From Octopus bimaculoides (Eukaryota), in the NCBI RefSeq assembly GCF_001194135.2, contig NC_068998.1, positions 38,322,732 through 38,386,731 on the forward strand: a stretch of 64,000 nucleotides of DNA, in the 5' to 3' direction. This document shows, piece by piece, positions 63,427-64,000 of this stretch. Below the pieces are notes generated by a model that was not told where the DNA came from, did no database searches, and saw only the letters and a program-made list of their open reading frames with translations. The stretch's first letter is position 1, and every line of letters begins with the position of its first letter. Both the position numbers and the translations under genes were made by a program.

Positions 63427-63465
63427 CTTGTTTCCCACAAAAACAACTGGCTGAGTTTTCTTTTT
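63427..63465 (-). CDS. ARID1: Candidate 39-nt exon (KKKTQPVVFVGNK), phase 0-0
   Basis: (TTC)n-rich tract ...gtgtcgttctcag|AAA; perfect donor AAG|gtaagt. Ends in phase 0, as the exon at 50190 requires. Confidence 0.5.
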
Positions 63466-64000
63466 CTGAGAACGACACCGTAGTGGATACAATAACAAGA
63501 AGAAGAAGAAGAATTTCTTAGATTCTGATAAATATCAGTATATATATTGCAAACAGCCAAAACGATATGAAGCCAGAATACCAATGTCTTCTACATTTGA
63601 AATATATCTATCCCAAAGATAATAAATTTTACAAAACATCTAACAGATAAGATCTACCTAAATTCTCAAATAAGAAAATAATATAAAATATTTAAAAGAA
63701 CAATTACAAATTGAGATTTCATAAAACATTCAGATATGCAAAATCTAAACTGGTCACAGACAAGAAATTTACACAGAACAAATAAACCAAAACAAAATTA
63801 CACAACTAAGTTGTTAACTTCAAAAATAAAACTTAGATTAGGAAATCTCAAAAGAATATATGAAATCTCAGAAAAGGCATTGTCAAAATTCCATTTAGTT
63901 TTCTGCAATCGGTTTTCAAAATAATGAACTAGAATGGAAGCTATTTGCATAAAGTGAACAATTTGAATGAAAGTAAAGAAATTCAAAATACCAACACTTA

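Overview
AT-rich, microsatellite-dense animal genomic DNA with 10 assembly gaps. The repeat families (tRNA-headed SINEs, RTE-type LINE tails with (GAT)n, TTAACC-ended MITEs) look like those I recall from Octopus; the species call is an inference. The whole window lies inside one minus-strand gene, the SWI/SNF (BAF) subunit ARID1/osa. I assembled 13 internal coding exons by hand (50190 down to 3436; 4048 nt, about 1349 codons). All have GT-AG boundaries and matching phases, with no stops. They include the complete ARID domain (two exons) and the 'EISFPPDSVEAVQPLL..KRKRL..QDI' motif that precedes the C-terminal ARM region. The first and last exons lie outside the window. Introns hold a TIR-bounded, internally deleted DD34D mariner, a decayed Tigger/pogo transposase, RTE and CR1/L2-like LINE fragments, SINEs and MITEs. 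The main unexplained signal is a set of frame-preserving candidate microexons (3, 3, 9/15, 15, 21 and 39 nt) inside the ARID1 introns. These rest on splice-signal patterns only, some are expected by chance, and all need RNA-seq.
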